A stretch of DNA of 64,000 nt from Candidatus Poribacteria bacterium. Its GTDB lineage: Bacteria > Poribacteria > WGA-4E > WGA-3G. This document shows, in pieces, positions 8,480-18,765 of this stretch; position 1 is the first letter of the stretch; every line of letters starts with the position of its first letter. The stretch lies in assembly GCA_963663765.2 (NCBI GenBank), contig CAXXUA010000004.1, positions 224,001-288,000 on the forward strand. The letters run 5' to 3'. Made by a program: the position numbers and the translations under genes. Under the pieces are notes generated by a model. The model was not told the origin of the DNA, searched no databases, and saw only the letters and a list, made by a program, of their open reading frames with translations.

Positions 8480-10687
8480 TCAGAATTTTACTGACAATTT
8501 CGAACCGAATGTTCTGGGTAAACCGTAATTAGCGAAACCTCCTACACCAGCAAAATTATGACCGTAACTGTAATAGGTTTCATCAGTCAAATTTTGTCCC
8601 CATAAGATTAGGTCAACCATTTCAATGTTTATTACAAGACGTGTATTTAACAAGCCATAAGCATCCTGCTGAATTGTATTTTCTGGATCAAAGAATATAT
8701 CTGTTTGAAATTGGTAGTCTGCTGTTGCTATAAGTGTAAGCAGGTCGTTAATAGGTATTTCATAGTTGAGTCCAAAATTCCCATTGAATTGGGGTGAATA
8801 ACCTTGTTTATTCCCTGAATAGTCTATTACTTCTACTTCTAATTCACAATCAGTAGTAATTGCTTTAATTGTTTTGTATTCTGTGATCTCTGTATCTAAA
8901 ACCCCAACATTAAGGGTTGCTGTTAATCCTTCTAAAAGTGCCCATTTAGTTTCTAATTCTGCCCCTATGCTAACACTACGACTCAAATTGTCACGACCAA
9001 TATTGAATGTTGCAATATCCATAATGGTATATAGTTGTTGGTCTTGATAGTCAATATAGAAACCGGTAAGATTAACTCTGATACGATTTTGCATGAGAAT
9101 TGATTTTATTCCAGCTTCGTAGTTCCAACTATATTCTGGGTTGAATTTAGCGGCATCTTCATTAGCTGCAAAAGAATTAAACCCACCCGGCCGGTACCCG
9201 CGTGTGATATTGCCATATAACATTACATTATCTATGACATCATAAGAGAGTCCGACTTTTGGAGAGACAGCGGTAAATGTCTCAGTATCTTCAATTGTAG
9301 CGGGGAATACACCTAAATTCGGATATTGATAGTTGTCATTTCCATCTTTGGTATAAGATCGACTCACATCTGCTTGAGCTTCCTCTATCTCAAAACGAAC
9401 ACCGCCATTTACTCGCAGACTTTTCGTGATCATATATTCAGCGTTTCCAAAGATAGAAAAACCTGTGTGTTGCTGTTCTGATACAGTAATTAGCGTATAG
9501 GGGAATTGCGTTGCTGCGTCTGGATCAGTTACGCAACCTGCATTGGCTATGCCAAATTCATTATCTTCCTGTCCATCTATATTGAAGTTGTATACAAAAA
9601 CACCTGCTAACCACTGAAGATTTTTCCATTCGGAATTAATTCTTAATTCTTCTGATAAGGTTGTAAATGTTCTTGAGAAATATTTCCTTGTATTGAGTTC
9701 AATAGGTAAGAAATCTAACTCATCGTCATGACCTGTATTGTCAGTGTATTGTAGTGATGTTATTGACATAATAGACAGATTATCAGTTTGATAGCCTATT
9801 TTCAAAGCGTTATTTGACACTAATGTTTCGTACGTTCCTTGCGTATTGAAGGATACCTTATAAGGTTTTTCTTCCAATTGTGCGATAATATCTTCACCAG
9901 ACGCACCAGCACCACCAACGAATGCTTGAGCATCTACCTCTTTTTGATTCAATGAAGAGTTTAATGAGAATGTGAGTTTGTCGGTTGGGAGATAGGTTAG
10001 TTGTAAATTGCCACCGTATCTTTGGTGTTCTAATAGATTGTCGGTTTCTAATAGGGTATTCTCAATATACCCATCTCTAAGTCTTGCATTCACACCAAGT
10101 CGGGTAAACAGTACATTTTCTATGAAGGGTAGACTAATACCAGCATTTGCTTCAATCTGATTTAGGTTTCCGTACCCAAACGATGCAAATCCTGTGGTTT
10201 GATTAGTTGGTGTTTTGGTTATTATATTGATTGCACCTGCCAAAGTATTTCTACCATATAAAGTGCCTTGGGGACCTCTTAACACTTCAATTCTTTCAAT
10301 ATCTGATAACACGCTTGGAAAAGCAGATGTGTTAAACATTGGAATATCGTCTACATATACGCCAACAACTGGTATTTCATCAATAGTGAAAATGCCTCTA
10401 CTGGAAATCATAGTATAAAGTCCACTACCATCATTATATGAGTTGAAATTTGGTGAAATACGTCCGACTTCTTTGATGTTACCAATTTGTAATGCTTCTA
10501 TTCTTTTGCTGTCTATAGATGAAACTGCAATTGGCACCTTTTGAAGTAACTCTTCCCTTTTTTGAGCAGTTACTGTTTGTTTTGGAAGTGCATAATCATC
10601 TGTTTCTGTATCTTCATTATCTTGTGCATAAGACATAAAGTTAAAAAATGAAAGGATTAGGACATAAATGTAGAATCTTTTTAGCAT
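8480..10687 (-). CDS. TonB-dependent receptor
   Basis: Signal peptide, TVTAQKRE...LQKVP, IERIEVLRGPQGTLYGRN plug motif, C-terminal F. Confidence 0.95.
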   Translation of the reverse strand: MLKRFYIYVLILSFFNFMSYAQDNEDTETDDYALPKQTVTAQKREELLQKVPIAVSSIDSKRIEALQIGNIKEVGRISPNFNSYNDGSGLYTMISSRGIFTIDEIPVVGVYVDDIPMFNTSAFPSVLSDIERIEVLRGPQGTLYGRNTLAGAINIITKTPTNQTTGFASFGYGNLNQIEANAGISLPFIENVLFTRLGVNARLRDGYIENTLLETDNLLEHQRYGGNLQLTYLPTDKLTFSLNSSLNQKEVDAQAFVGGAGASGEDIIAQLEEKPYKVSFNTQGTYETLVSNNALKIGYQTDNLSIMSITSLQYTDNTGHDDELDFLPIELNTRKYFSRTFTTLSEELRINSEWKNLQWLAGVFVYNFNIDGQEDNEFGIANAGCVTDPDAATQFPYTLITVSEQQHTGFSIFGNAEYMITKSLRVNGGVRFEIEEAQADVSRSYTKDGNDNYQYPNLGVFPATIEDTETFTAVSPKVGLSYDVIDNVMLYGNITRGYRPGGFNSFAANEDAAKFNPEYSWNYEAGIKSILMQNRIRVNLTGFYIDYQDQQLYTIMDIATFNIGRDNLSRSVSIGAELETKWALLEGLTATLNVGVLDTEITEYKTIKAITTDCELEVEVIDYSGNKQGYSPQFNGNFGLNYEIPINDLLTLIATADYQFQTDIFFDPENTIQQDAYGLLNTRLVINIEMVDLILWGQNLTDETYYSYGHNFAGVGGFANYGLPRTFGSKLSVKF

Positions 10688-10730
10688 ATATTCTCCTTAC
10701 AGAATGTTTATAGTAGATTAGAGGTTTAAT

Positions 10731-10870
10731 TGTATACTAATTAGTTGTATACTATTGGAGTGTATGTAAATAATTTCTCATGACGGATTATTTCTCATCA
10801 TATTCGCAAGTTGCATTTATCAGTATATTAGACCAACATGTAATGTTTTTGTGCGAGGATTTCTCATCAA
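10731..10870 (-). promoter_or_regulatory. Possible operator region of the TonB receptor (3x ATTTCTCAT, 2x TTGTATACTA)
   Basis: Short repeated words in AT-rich upstream DNA; loosely Fur-box-like. Confidence 0.3.
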
Positions 10871-11058
10871 GTTTTCAATAAAAAGTGGGATAATGATTTG
10901 AGGATGAACCTCATAAAATATAATCAAATGAAGACATATTTCGTTTTTTTGAAAACTTTTTATTTTTTATTTAATCTCAGTCATTGTAATAGTATTGTAG
11001 CAGTAAACTGTTTGAGTTAATTAGACAATGCTAACAGGACATTGTATTAAGGAAACAA

Positions 11059-11080
11059 GGCGGGAACACTCATCCCGCCC
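11059..11080 (-). terminator. Hairpin GGCGGGA...TCCCGCC downstream of the small basic ORF
   Basis: 7-bp GC-rich stem; weak U-tract. Confidence 0.4.
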
Positions 11081-11101
11081 AACAAAATATAAACATTATT
11101 C

Positions 11102-11215
11102 TTAGCGATTTTGTAAACGTTCTTTCAACGCAGCTTTTTTCTTTTTCAAACGACGCAACTGACGTTGACGTATTTGTGTGCGTCGTCTGACCTGACCGCT
11201 TTTACTCCGTGGCAT
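11102..11215 (-). CDS. Small basic protein, 37 aa: MPRSKSGQVRRRTQIRQRQLRRLKKKKAALKERLQNR
   Basis: AAGGAGGT Shine-Dalgarno 7 nt before the ATG; overlaps the upstream stop; below the ORF-track cutoff. Confidence 0.75.
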   Translation of the reverse strand: MPRSKSGQVRRRTQIRQRQLRRLKKKKAALKERLQNR

Positions 11216-12347
11216 CAGTTTTACCTCCTTCTTCATAAGTTTTTGCGAGATACATTATTGACGATTGACATTGTGACTCCAGGTTTTTCATTGCGGTTGT
11301 TAGTTTTTCTTCTGAATGTGCATGTAGATGTACTCGATTTTCAGTTACAGTGATACATAGTTCTTGATCATATGTATAAAAATCAAGTTGTTTTGGTGTT
11401 ACATTATCAAGAATATTGTTGTTCATTCCATTCAATACATCCTTAATTGCCAACCCATCAAAGTTTTTATAGATAGCTTTTGCGGGAAGTGTTTCCAGAT
11501 CAGGTTTCTTTGGTAACACACGTTTTGGTGGTTCTATATCTGACACTAAAATGTTTCCATTGTCAACAATATCACTTTTAGTCACAACTGATTCAGTATT
11601 TTTTTCCATATTTTTAGTATACATATCTGATAATTGATCATCTTGGTTGTCAGTTTTTTTATTTTCAAGCAAACTTGAAAAAAGCTCTTTTATAAAAGGT
11701 TTTTCAAGATCAAGTGGTAATGGATTTTCAATAACAATACGTAATGTTTGGATACCTATTTCCTGAATTATTGGGTGTTCAACATAGACATTTGGTGGAA
11801 CGACTTCAAACAGTGATTGAGCGACAAAAACTATCTCTGCACGATCCCGATTTCCTGTTTGTTTTAAACGGTTCTCACATGCACTTAACGCAGAAAACAG
11901 TGAACGTACAAATCTTGGTGTCACCAGACTTAGAATTACTTCTGTGCAAAACTTTTCATGTATTTCAGAAAAATATGTTTCAAATTGTTTAATGTTACTG
12001 TCTTCGTTTATAATCGTATCATCTGGCTCAGATATGACATTTTGTTTCTTCTGCTCATCAAATTTAGCCTTTTCTTTTATCAATATGTCAACGACCAATT
12101 CTGCCATCTTATCGCTCATCAGTTCTAAATCAAAGTGGAGTTCTTTGATTTCTGGTTCGTTGATTAGATCATGGGTTTGCATTAGAAGTGCATGCAAACG
12201 TTCATCATCCATCTTCCCAAATGCAGGTTTTCGTTGTTTTTCTGCTGCGATTTTTTTCTGTTTTGATTTACTGTTCCGGTTGCGTTTTTCGCGCTTGCGT
12301 GCAACATTTGCGGACCTACTTTTTTTCTTTGCCATGAGTAATACCAC
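11202..12347 (-). CDS. Hypothetical protein with K/R-rich N-terminus (start possibly at MAKKK)
   Basis: 381 aa ORF with consensus promoter upstream. Confidence 0.8.
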   Translation of the reverse strand: MVLLMAKKKSRSANVARKREKRNRNSKSKQKKIAAEKQRKPAFGKMDDERLHALLMQTHDLINEPEIKELHFDLELMSDKMAELVVDILIKEKAKFDEQKKQNVISEPDDTIINEDSNIKQFETYFSEIHEKFCTEVILSLVTPRFVRSLFSALSACENRLKQTGNRDRAEIVFVAQSLFEVVPPNVYVEHPIIQEIGIQTLRIVIENPLPLDLEKPFIKELFSSLLENKKTDNQDDQLSDMYTKNMEKNTESVVTKSDIVDNGNILVSDIEPPKRVLPKKPDLETLPAKAIYKNFDGLAIKDVLNGMNNNILDNVTPKQLDFYTYDQELCITVTENRVHLHAHSEEKLTTAMKNLESQCQSSIMYLAKTYEEGGKTDATE

Positions 12348-12408
12348 ACTGAAAGCGATCTGATAACAATATGAACTTTTGATACAATTATCATTAAATG
12401 TTTATAAA

Positions 12409-12437
12409 AGTATACATGCCAAATTTACTGATGTCAA
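12409..12437 (-). promoter_or_regulatory. Sigma70-type promoter TTGACA-17-TATACT
   Basis: Consensus match on the minus strand. Confidence 0.65.
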
Positions 12438-12495
12438 GGTTTTATTTGTATGTGGGTGTGTAAAGTTTTTGTTACTTGTCTGAACAAGGATTTTC

Positions 12496-12660
12496 AAATC
12501 AAGAAATCAAGAAATCAAGAAATCAACGGTATGAATGCCAAAAGGCATTCCCCGGGTATGAATGCTAAAAAGCATTCCCTGGGTTTGAACGCCAAATTAA
12601 GACTAATTTATTAATCAGGTAATCATATATTTATCCAACGTTATGCATTCCCCGCCTACC
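12496..12660. repeat. Expanded micro-insert: GAAATCAA tandem plus tandem GGTATGAATGC...GCATTCCC hairpins
   Basis: Read directly; same module as in family A MITEs. Confidence 0.7.
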
Positions 12661-12807
12661 AGGGTGGGTTTAGAATTACCTAAACATTAATTTATTACTT
12701 TTCATTCAAGGGGGAATGCATAAGTCTTGTTCAATAATCATCATAACTAACTTGATGGTTTTACCAATTATATTTGCAATCAGTATCCAAATTGTTCATA
12801 ATATTAG

Positions 12808-12973
12808 CAGGACTTACGCAGTTTACTTGATTTAATCAAGAATTGTGATGAAAATGATGTAATTATCAACATTTTTTGGGTTTCCAGCGCGCTTACAAAG
12901 CACCAAATCAAGAAATCAACGGTATGAATGCCGTTTAGGCATTCACCGCCTACCGTTTTTTGCGTAAGTCCTG
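12808..12973. mobile_element. MITE family A, TSD ATTAG, with micro-insert
   Basis: TIRs and 5-bp direct repeat. Confidence 0.85.
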
Positions 12974-13068
12974 ATTAGTAATTAATATATGTCAGCAAGG
13001 TGAACATCAGGGGTTCATCTTATAAAAAACTAATGAAAAATCATTATTATTTCCTAAGGAGCAATTTA

Positions 13069-15870
13069 ATGCTATTTTCAGATAAAGAAAGTCAATATTG
13101 GTATGTTGTTATATTTTTGTTTGGTATCATATCAATATTACCAATGAATGCAAATGCCGATACTCTAAAGGTTGTCGTTCAAGACCAAGATACCGATGCC
13201 ATACCTTCAGCGAAGGTAGTGATTGGTGGTGAGGAACAGACAACAGATGATAACGGGACGGTCATGTTTAGTGATGTGACGGGTGCACAGACGGTGCAGA
13301 TTTCTGCTATCGGTTATGCTGCAAGACGGATTAATACCAGTGCTGGACAATCGGAATTGACTGTAATGCTTGCACCGATTCAAACCGTTGATACAGTAGT
13401 TGTAGTAGGTACAAGGAGTATTGGGAGACGCGCATTGCAAGCACCAGTACCGATTGATGTGGTTGAAAGAGAACAACTCAGTCTAACTGGTCAATCAGAA
13501 ACTGGTCGAATACTTCAGATGTTAGTGCCATCCTTCAACTTTGCGAGTTCGTCTATTAGTGATGGAACGGATGCATTACGTCCGGCAACTTTGAGAGGTT
13601 TGGGACCTGATCAAACACTGGTACTCATCAACGGAAAACGTCGTCACAAGAGTGCTTTAATTCACGTCAATACTTCAGTAGGACGCGGTACAGCAGGAAC
13701 TGACTTCAATGCTATTCCGTCCTCTGCGATTAAAAGAATTGAGGTACTTCGTGATGGAGCTGCAGCGCAATATGGTTCAGATGCAATTGCTGGAGTCATT
13801 AACATTGTGCTGAAAGATGATGTTGATACTGGTGATGCAAACCTGTATTGGGGACAAAATTATGAAGGAGATGGAGATACTTGGATCGGTAATGCCAATT
13901 ACGGTATGAAGGTTGGTGAATCCGGTTTTCTCAATTTAACAGCAGAATGGCGCGACAGATACCGCTCAAACCGAGCTGGACTCACAGGCGTTCAACAATA
14001 TAACTTGGTTAGTGAAGATGTTTGGCAAAAGTTGGGAATAAACCCTCCTGGAGACCCAATAGAAACAGTTGAAATTACGAATGTGGATGGTACGGTGACT
14101 GAAGAAGGCAGATGGTATGATCCGCGTGAATACGATTTCGAACGGCAAAATTTCCGTATCGGAGATGCTGATTCCACACAAAAAGTCGGGTTTTACAATT
14201 TTGGATTACCTATAATTGGTGGGATGGAACTTTATTCATTTGGTGGATATTCCACACGACAAAACAACAGTGCTGGTTTTTATCGTAGAGCCAATCAAGC
14301 AGATAGAACGGTCACTGATATTTATCCTGATGGTTTCCTACCTGAAATTAACACAGGTATTGAGGATGTGTCATTAGCATTAGGTGCAGCATGGACTCAC
14401 GAAGCAACCGATCTAAATGTTGATGTAAGTGTCAATCATGGATTAAATATGTTTGACTTCTTTATTTCCAACTCCATGAATGCAACCTATGGTGCAGCAA
14501 GTCCAACTGAAGCGGATGCAGGAGGATTTGAACTCTCGCAAACAGCATTTAATTTGGATGTTGTCTATCCTATAGAATATCAATCATCGTTGATTAATTT
14601 GGCTGGTGGTGTAGAATTTCGTCGAGAAGGATATGGTATACATGCTGGAGAAATAGTGTCTTGGACTGATGCTGGACTTGGTGTTGATGGTGCATCTAAG
14701 GGTATTCAAGTTTTCCCAGGTTTCAAACCAGAGAACGAAGTAGATGAAAGTCGTACAAATATTGCGGGTTATGTAGACTTTGAGTCATATCTGAGTGGTC
14801 AACCCGGAAGTGGGCTACTTGTTGGTGCTGCAGTGCGTGGAGAACAGTATAGTGACTTTGGCACAACAGTTACAGGTAAAGCAACAGCGCGGTATGACAT
14901 TACACAACAATTTGCCGTTCGTGCTGCGGGTAGTACAGGTTTTCGAGCACCTTCCTTGCAACAACTCTACTTCAATAACATCAGTACACAGTTTAAGTTT
15001 GACGAAATAACGGGTGAGCAAGTTGCACTTGAAGTTGGTACGTTCCGAAATGATAGCGAAGCTGCACGTGCACTCGGTATACCAGAGCTTAAAGAGGAGA
15101 CGGCATTCAATGTATCTGGTGGTGTAGTATTGAGACCGATTGATAGGTTTTGGGTTTCTGTTGATGGGTTCCTTATCCAGATAGATGATCGCATTGTTAT
15201 CAGTGGTAGTTTTAGTGCGGAAACGATTCCAAGCTTAGCCGAGGCAGGAGCAAACAGCGCACAAGTGTTCACAAATGTTGCACAAACAAGAACAACTGGT
15301 GTTGATGTTGCTGCTGGTTATCTCCACGCTTTTGATAACGAATCACTTCTCAATCTAAAGGCTGCTCTTACTTTTGCAGACACAGAGGTGATTGGCGATG
15401 TTGAAGCACCAGAAATGCTGGTTGGATTAGATTTAGAAGATACGCTTTTTCCATCACAGGAACGGTCTATGATTGAAGAGTGGCAACCGAATACCAGAAT
15501 TAATCTCAGTGCAGATTATATGGTTGGTGATCTTACTCTTAGTGGTGCTTTACGTTACTTCGGTGAATATACCATTCAAGAAGGAAGTGGTGAAGAACCT
15601 GACCGTCAAACCTATGGTGGTAAATGGCTTACCGATATACAAGCGAATTATCGCTTGAATGAAGGTCTTTCACTCACAATCGGTGCGAATAATCTATTAG
15701 ACCAAGTTCCTGATGAGAATTTGATTGGTCAGTCGAGAACTGGTGAATTAGTAGATGGCGCTGGTACAGTGATTGTTAACTCTCCTGGTATATTTACCTA
15801 TTCAAGAAGGTCTGCTCCGTTTGGTTTCAACGGCGGACTCTACTACGCCAAGCTTACTTATAGTTTCTAA
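13069..15870 (+). CDS. TonB-dependent receptor with N-terminal carboxypeptidase-regulatory-like domain
   Basis: AAGGAG RBS; LRGLGPDQTLVLINGKRRH, IEVLRDGAAAQYGSDAIAGVINI; C-terminal F. Confidence 0.95.
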   Translation: MLFSDKESQYWYVVIFLFGIISILPMNANADTLKVVVQDQDTDAIPSAKVVIGGEEQTTDDNGTVMFSDVTGAQTVQISAIGYAARRINTSAGQSELTVMLAPIQTVDTVVVVGTRSIGRRALQAPVPIDVVEREQLSLTGQSETGRILQMLVPSFNFASSSISDGTDALRPATLRGLGPDQTLVLINGKRRHKSALIHVNTSVGRGTAGTDFNAIPSSAIKRIEVLRDGAAAQYGSDAIAGVINIVLKDDVDTGDANLYWGQNYEGDGDTWIGNANYGMKVGESGFLNLTAEWRDRYRSNRAGLTGVQQYNLVSEDVWQKLGINPPGDPIETVEITNVDGTVTEEGRWYDPREYDFERQNFRIGDADSTQKVGFYNFGLPIIGGMELYSFGGYSTRQNNSAGFYRRANQADRTVTDIYPDGFLPEINTGIEDVSLALGAAWTHEATDLNVDVSVNHGLNMFDFFISNSMNATYGAASPTEADAGGFELSQTAFNLDVVYPIEYQSSLINLAGGVEFRREGYGIHAGEIVSWTDAGLGVDGASKGIQVFPGFKPENEVDESRTNIAGYVDFESYLSGQPGSGLLVGAAVRGEQYSDFGTTVTGKATARYDITQQFAVRAAGSTGFRAPSLQQLYFNNISTQFKFDEITGEQVALEVGTFRNDSEAARALGIPELKEETAFNVSGGVVLRPIDRFWVSVDGFLIQIDDRIVISGSFSAETIPSLAEAGANSAQVFTNVAQTRTTGVDVAAGYLHAFDNESLLNLKAALTFADTEVIGDVEAPEMLVGLDLEDTLFPSQERSMIEEWQPNTRINLSADYMVGDLTLSGALRYFGEYTIQEGSGEEPDRQTYGGKWLTDIQANYRLNEGLSLTIGANNLLDQVPDENLIGQSRTGELVDGAGTVIVNSPGIFTYSRRSAPFGFNGGLYYAKLTYSF

Positions 15871-15885
15871 ATGTTTCTATACAAC

Positions 15886-16078
15886 CAGGACTTACGCAGT
15901 TTTCATGATCCAATCAAGAATTAAGACGAAAACGATGTAATTTTCAGCATTTTTTTTGGTTCCGGCGCCAAATCAACGGTATGAATGCCGTTTGGCATTC
16001 CCCGCCTACAAAGCACCAAATCAACGGTATGATTGCCGTTTAGGCATTCCCCGCCTACCGTTGGGTGCGTAAGTCCTG
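15886..16078. mobile_element. MITE family A with two micro-inserts
   Basis: TIRs; inserts near 15969-16003 and 16017-16052. Confidence 0.85.
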
Positions 16079-16084
16079 AAAACT

Positions 16085-16130
16085 AACGTTATCTTGTCTA
16101 TCAAACTGGTGGATGGGATAACGTTTTTTC
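16085..16130 (+). terminator. Rho-independent terminator after the TonB receptor
   Basis: AACGTTATC...GATAACGTT stem followed by a T-run. Confidence 0.55.
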
Positions 16131-16169
16131 TTACTCTTAGGTGTCAATTTAGGGTTCTATTTCAAAGTT

Positions 16170-16324
16170 ATACCATTTTCATGTGATAATGTCTCATTAG
16201 CAGCGGAAATCTGGTAGGAGCGACCTCCCGGTCGCGACAGGGAGGTCGCTCCTACCGAGGAGAGTAACCCCCTGCCAGTAAACAGTAGAATTCCTTAATG
16301 AGACAAGATTTATTTGAATTGGTA
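16170..16324. mobile_element. MITE-like element with GTAGGAGCGACC REP doublet
   Basis: Reverse-complement copy at 59329-59483. Confidence 0.75.
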
Positions 16325-16476
16325 TTATGTTCAGTTTAGCAAAACCAACGTCGCCATCTTGATTTGGTGCTTTGTATGCGCGCAAGTATGTCAAAACCCA
16401 ATGGATATCTATTGGTAATCTATTGGAAAACCCAATAAACAGATACCCAAAAAACTTCAAAAACCATAAAAAATCA

Positions 16477-16711
16477 TATATAACGACTTGTGCCAGTTAA
16501 CTAATTGTTTTCAAAGTTTTTACATATATTAGGTTTATAATGCACACATATCGTCCCTACGGGACTAAAGAGGATGTACGTATGACGTTTTCTATAAACA
16601 TATCGTCCCTACGGGACTGAAGATCGTTCAAACTGTGAAGGACACCTGCAAAACGTCATGCTTCTGTGAAACAATGATTAACATATAGTTATTTAGCACA
16701 ACTCGTATATA
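16477..16711. mobile_element. MITE-like element, insert-free allele of 2766-3070
   Basis: Direct comparison of the two copies. Confidence 0.75.
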
Positions 16712-16722
16712 TAATATATACA

Positions 16723-17308
16723 CAGGACTTACGCAGTTTTCATGATGTGATGAAGAATTATGACGAAAACGGTGTAATTTTCAGCATTTTTTCGGTTTCC
16801 AGCGCGCTTACAAAGCACGCCTGCAGTGGGTGCCGCGCTTACAAGCACGCCTGCAGTGGGTGCCGCGCTTACAAAGCACGCCTGCAGTGGGTGCCGCGCT
16901 TACAAAGCACGGCTTGCAGTGGGTGCCGCGCTTACAAAGCACGCCTGCAGTGGGTGCCGCGCTTACAAGCACGCCTGCAGTGGGTGCCGCGCTTACAAAG
17001 CACGGCTTGCAGTGGGTGGCGCGCTTACAAAGCACGCCTGCAGTGGGTGCCGCGCTTACAAAGCACGCCTGCAGTGGGTGGCGCGCTTACAAAGCACGCC
17101 TGCAGTGGTAGGCGCGCTTACAAAGCACGCCTGCAGTGGGTGGCGCGCGGACAAAGCACGGCTTGCAGTGGGTGGCGCGCTTACAAAGCACACCTGCAGT
17201 GGTAGGCGCGCGGACAAAGCACTCCTACCGTGGCCGGATTAGTAGAATTACCCAAAGTATTTTTTAATCTTCATCAAAGCGCACCTACCGTTGGGTGCGT
17301 AAGTCCTG
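16723..17308. mobile_element. MITE family A expanded by an internal tandem array
   Basis: Both TIRs present 586 bp apart, versus 122 bp in basic copies. Confidence 0.85.
16802..17228 (+). repeat. Tandem array, 14 units of ~31 bp (GCGCTTACAAAGCACGCCTGCAGTGGGTGCC)
   Basis: Units counted by eye. Confidence 0.9.
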
Positions 17309-17651
17309 ATATACAAAAGAAATGCACACAACAAAAACCCAATGCAAAACCAACACCCAAACACAAAAAACACACAAACAAAAAACCGTACCAAAAAATG
17401 AAATTAATTTCTCCAAAAAACACAACAATACCCCAATAAAGGCTTATAGATACTGGACGTATAACGATTAAACAAAACCGTACCGCAAACCGAGAAAACC
17501 GTGCCGTTTGGTACGGTTTTAATAGTAGCAAATTCTTAGGAAATCTCAAGAAATATTCAAACAATTTGCAGTGATTCCTCACAGAAAAAAGAACAAAATA
17601 AATAGCAACGACACCATATTAAAACCTAAGTTGATACCAATGTAGCACAAT

Positions 17652-17774
17652 CTGCAGGGTTATTCAGTTTTAGATTTTTTTGCTGTTACCTGAGAAAATC
17701 GCGACCGGGAGGTCGCTCCTACCTGGGTTTCTTTTTCATAAATCCAAAAATTAGGAAAACTGAATAATCCTGCA
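17652..17774. mobile_element. MITE-like element (TGCAGGGTTATTCAGTTTT / AAAACTGAATAATCCTGCA)
   Basis: 19-bp near-perfect inverted ends with a REP arm inside; a similar left end lies near 63595. Confidence 0.6.
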
Positions 17775-17790
17775 TCTGGAAGCAAAAGGC

Positions 17791-17820
17791 TTGACATTGT
17801 TAACCCATTTAGGATATAGT
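17791..17820 (+). promoter_or_regulatory. Sigma70-type promoter TTGACA-18-TATAGT
   Basis: Consensus match upstream of the DUF4159 gene. Confidence 0.5.
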
Positions 17821-17837
17821 ACAATGAATAAATCCAA

Positions 17838-18629
17838 ATGGCACCTATTGAATTAAAGAATAAACTTTTCTTATTACTTCCATTCCGATTTCAAAAAGAT
17901 GTCTATAAAAACAATCAGGATATATTCGTGTTAGAAAATAATTGGAATCCCTCAAAAAAGTCTTTTTCAAAATGCGTTTTTGCAATCGTGTGTTGCATGT
18001 TGTTCCTTGCGTTGATAAATATTCAAGAAGCAGGAGAACGTTTTACAATTGCACAAGTCCAATATGGTGGTGGCGGAGATTGGTACGGTGATCCATCTGC
18101 TATCAACAATTGGCTTCGACTACTACGAGAACGGACAGAGATTGAAACTGCAGATGATCGTGTCATTCTCAAGTTGACTGATCATACCTTGTTTCAATAT
18201 CCGATGCTTTATCTTGTTGGACACGGCAATATAAGACTTACAGAGAATGAAGTTTCAGCTTTGAAAAAGTATCTCACTAATGGTGGTTTCCTTTTTGTAA
18301 ATGATGATTATGGATTGGATAAGAGTTTTCGTCGTGAAATAAGTCGGGTTTTTCCTAAGCAAGAATTACAACCGATACCCAATTCACATCCAATTTATCA
18401 ATGTTTTTATGACCTCCAAGGACTCCCAAAAATTCATGAACACGATGGTGACCCCGCACAAGCTTTTGGTTTGTTTCACGATGGCAGAATGGTCGTGTTT
18501 TACGCTTATAGTGCTGATATTGGTGATGGGTTGGAAGACCCACGTGTCCATCCAGAAGACACACCAGAAGTTCGTGAACTCGCTGCAAAAATGGCTGTGA
18601 ACTTAGCAATATATGTACTCACTCACTAA
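17838..18629 (+). CDS. DUF4159 domain protein
   Basis: YGGGGDWY..P, YL..GGFLFVNDDYG, GLPKIHEHD, DIGDGLED; start uncertain. Confidence 0.85.
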   Translation: MAPIELKNKLFLLLPFRFQKDVYKNNQDIFVLENNWNPSKKSFSKCVFAIVCCMLFLALINIQEAGERFTIAQVQYGGGGDWYGDPSAINNWLRLLRERTEIETADDRVILKLTDHTLFQYPMLYLVGHGNIRLTENEVSALKKYLTNGGFLFVNDDYGLDKSFRREISRVFPKQELQPIPNSHPIYQCFYDLQGLPKIHEHDGDPAQAFGLFHDGRMVVFYAYSADIGDGLEDPRVHPEDTPEVRELAAKMAVNLAIYVLTH

Positions 18630-18631
18630 AG

Positions 18632-18753
18632 CAGGACTTACGCAGTTTTCATGATCCAATCAAGAATTAAGACGAAAACGATGTAATTTTCAGCATTTTT
18701 TCGGTTTCCGGCGCGCTTACAAAGCACGCCTACCGTTGGGTGCGTAAGTCCTG
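18632..18753. mobile_element. MITE family A, basic 122-bp copy, TSD TAAAG
   Basis: TIRs and direct repeat. Confidence 0.9.
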
Positions 18754-18765
18754 TAAAGGAAGAAT

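Noticed and set aside
12440-13060. Riboswitch upstream of the TonB receptor
   Set aside because: The hairpins belong to dispersed MITE and micro-insert families; no cobalamin or TPP consensus recognised
16747-17242. ORFs of 75-152 aa in the tandem array (also those at 24467-25499, 53189-53532 and 63676-63994)
   Set aside because: Translations of stop-poor DNA repeats in several frames, with no RBS
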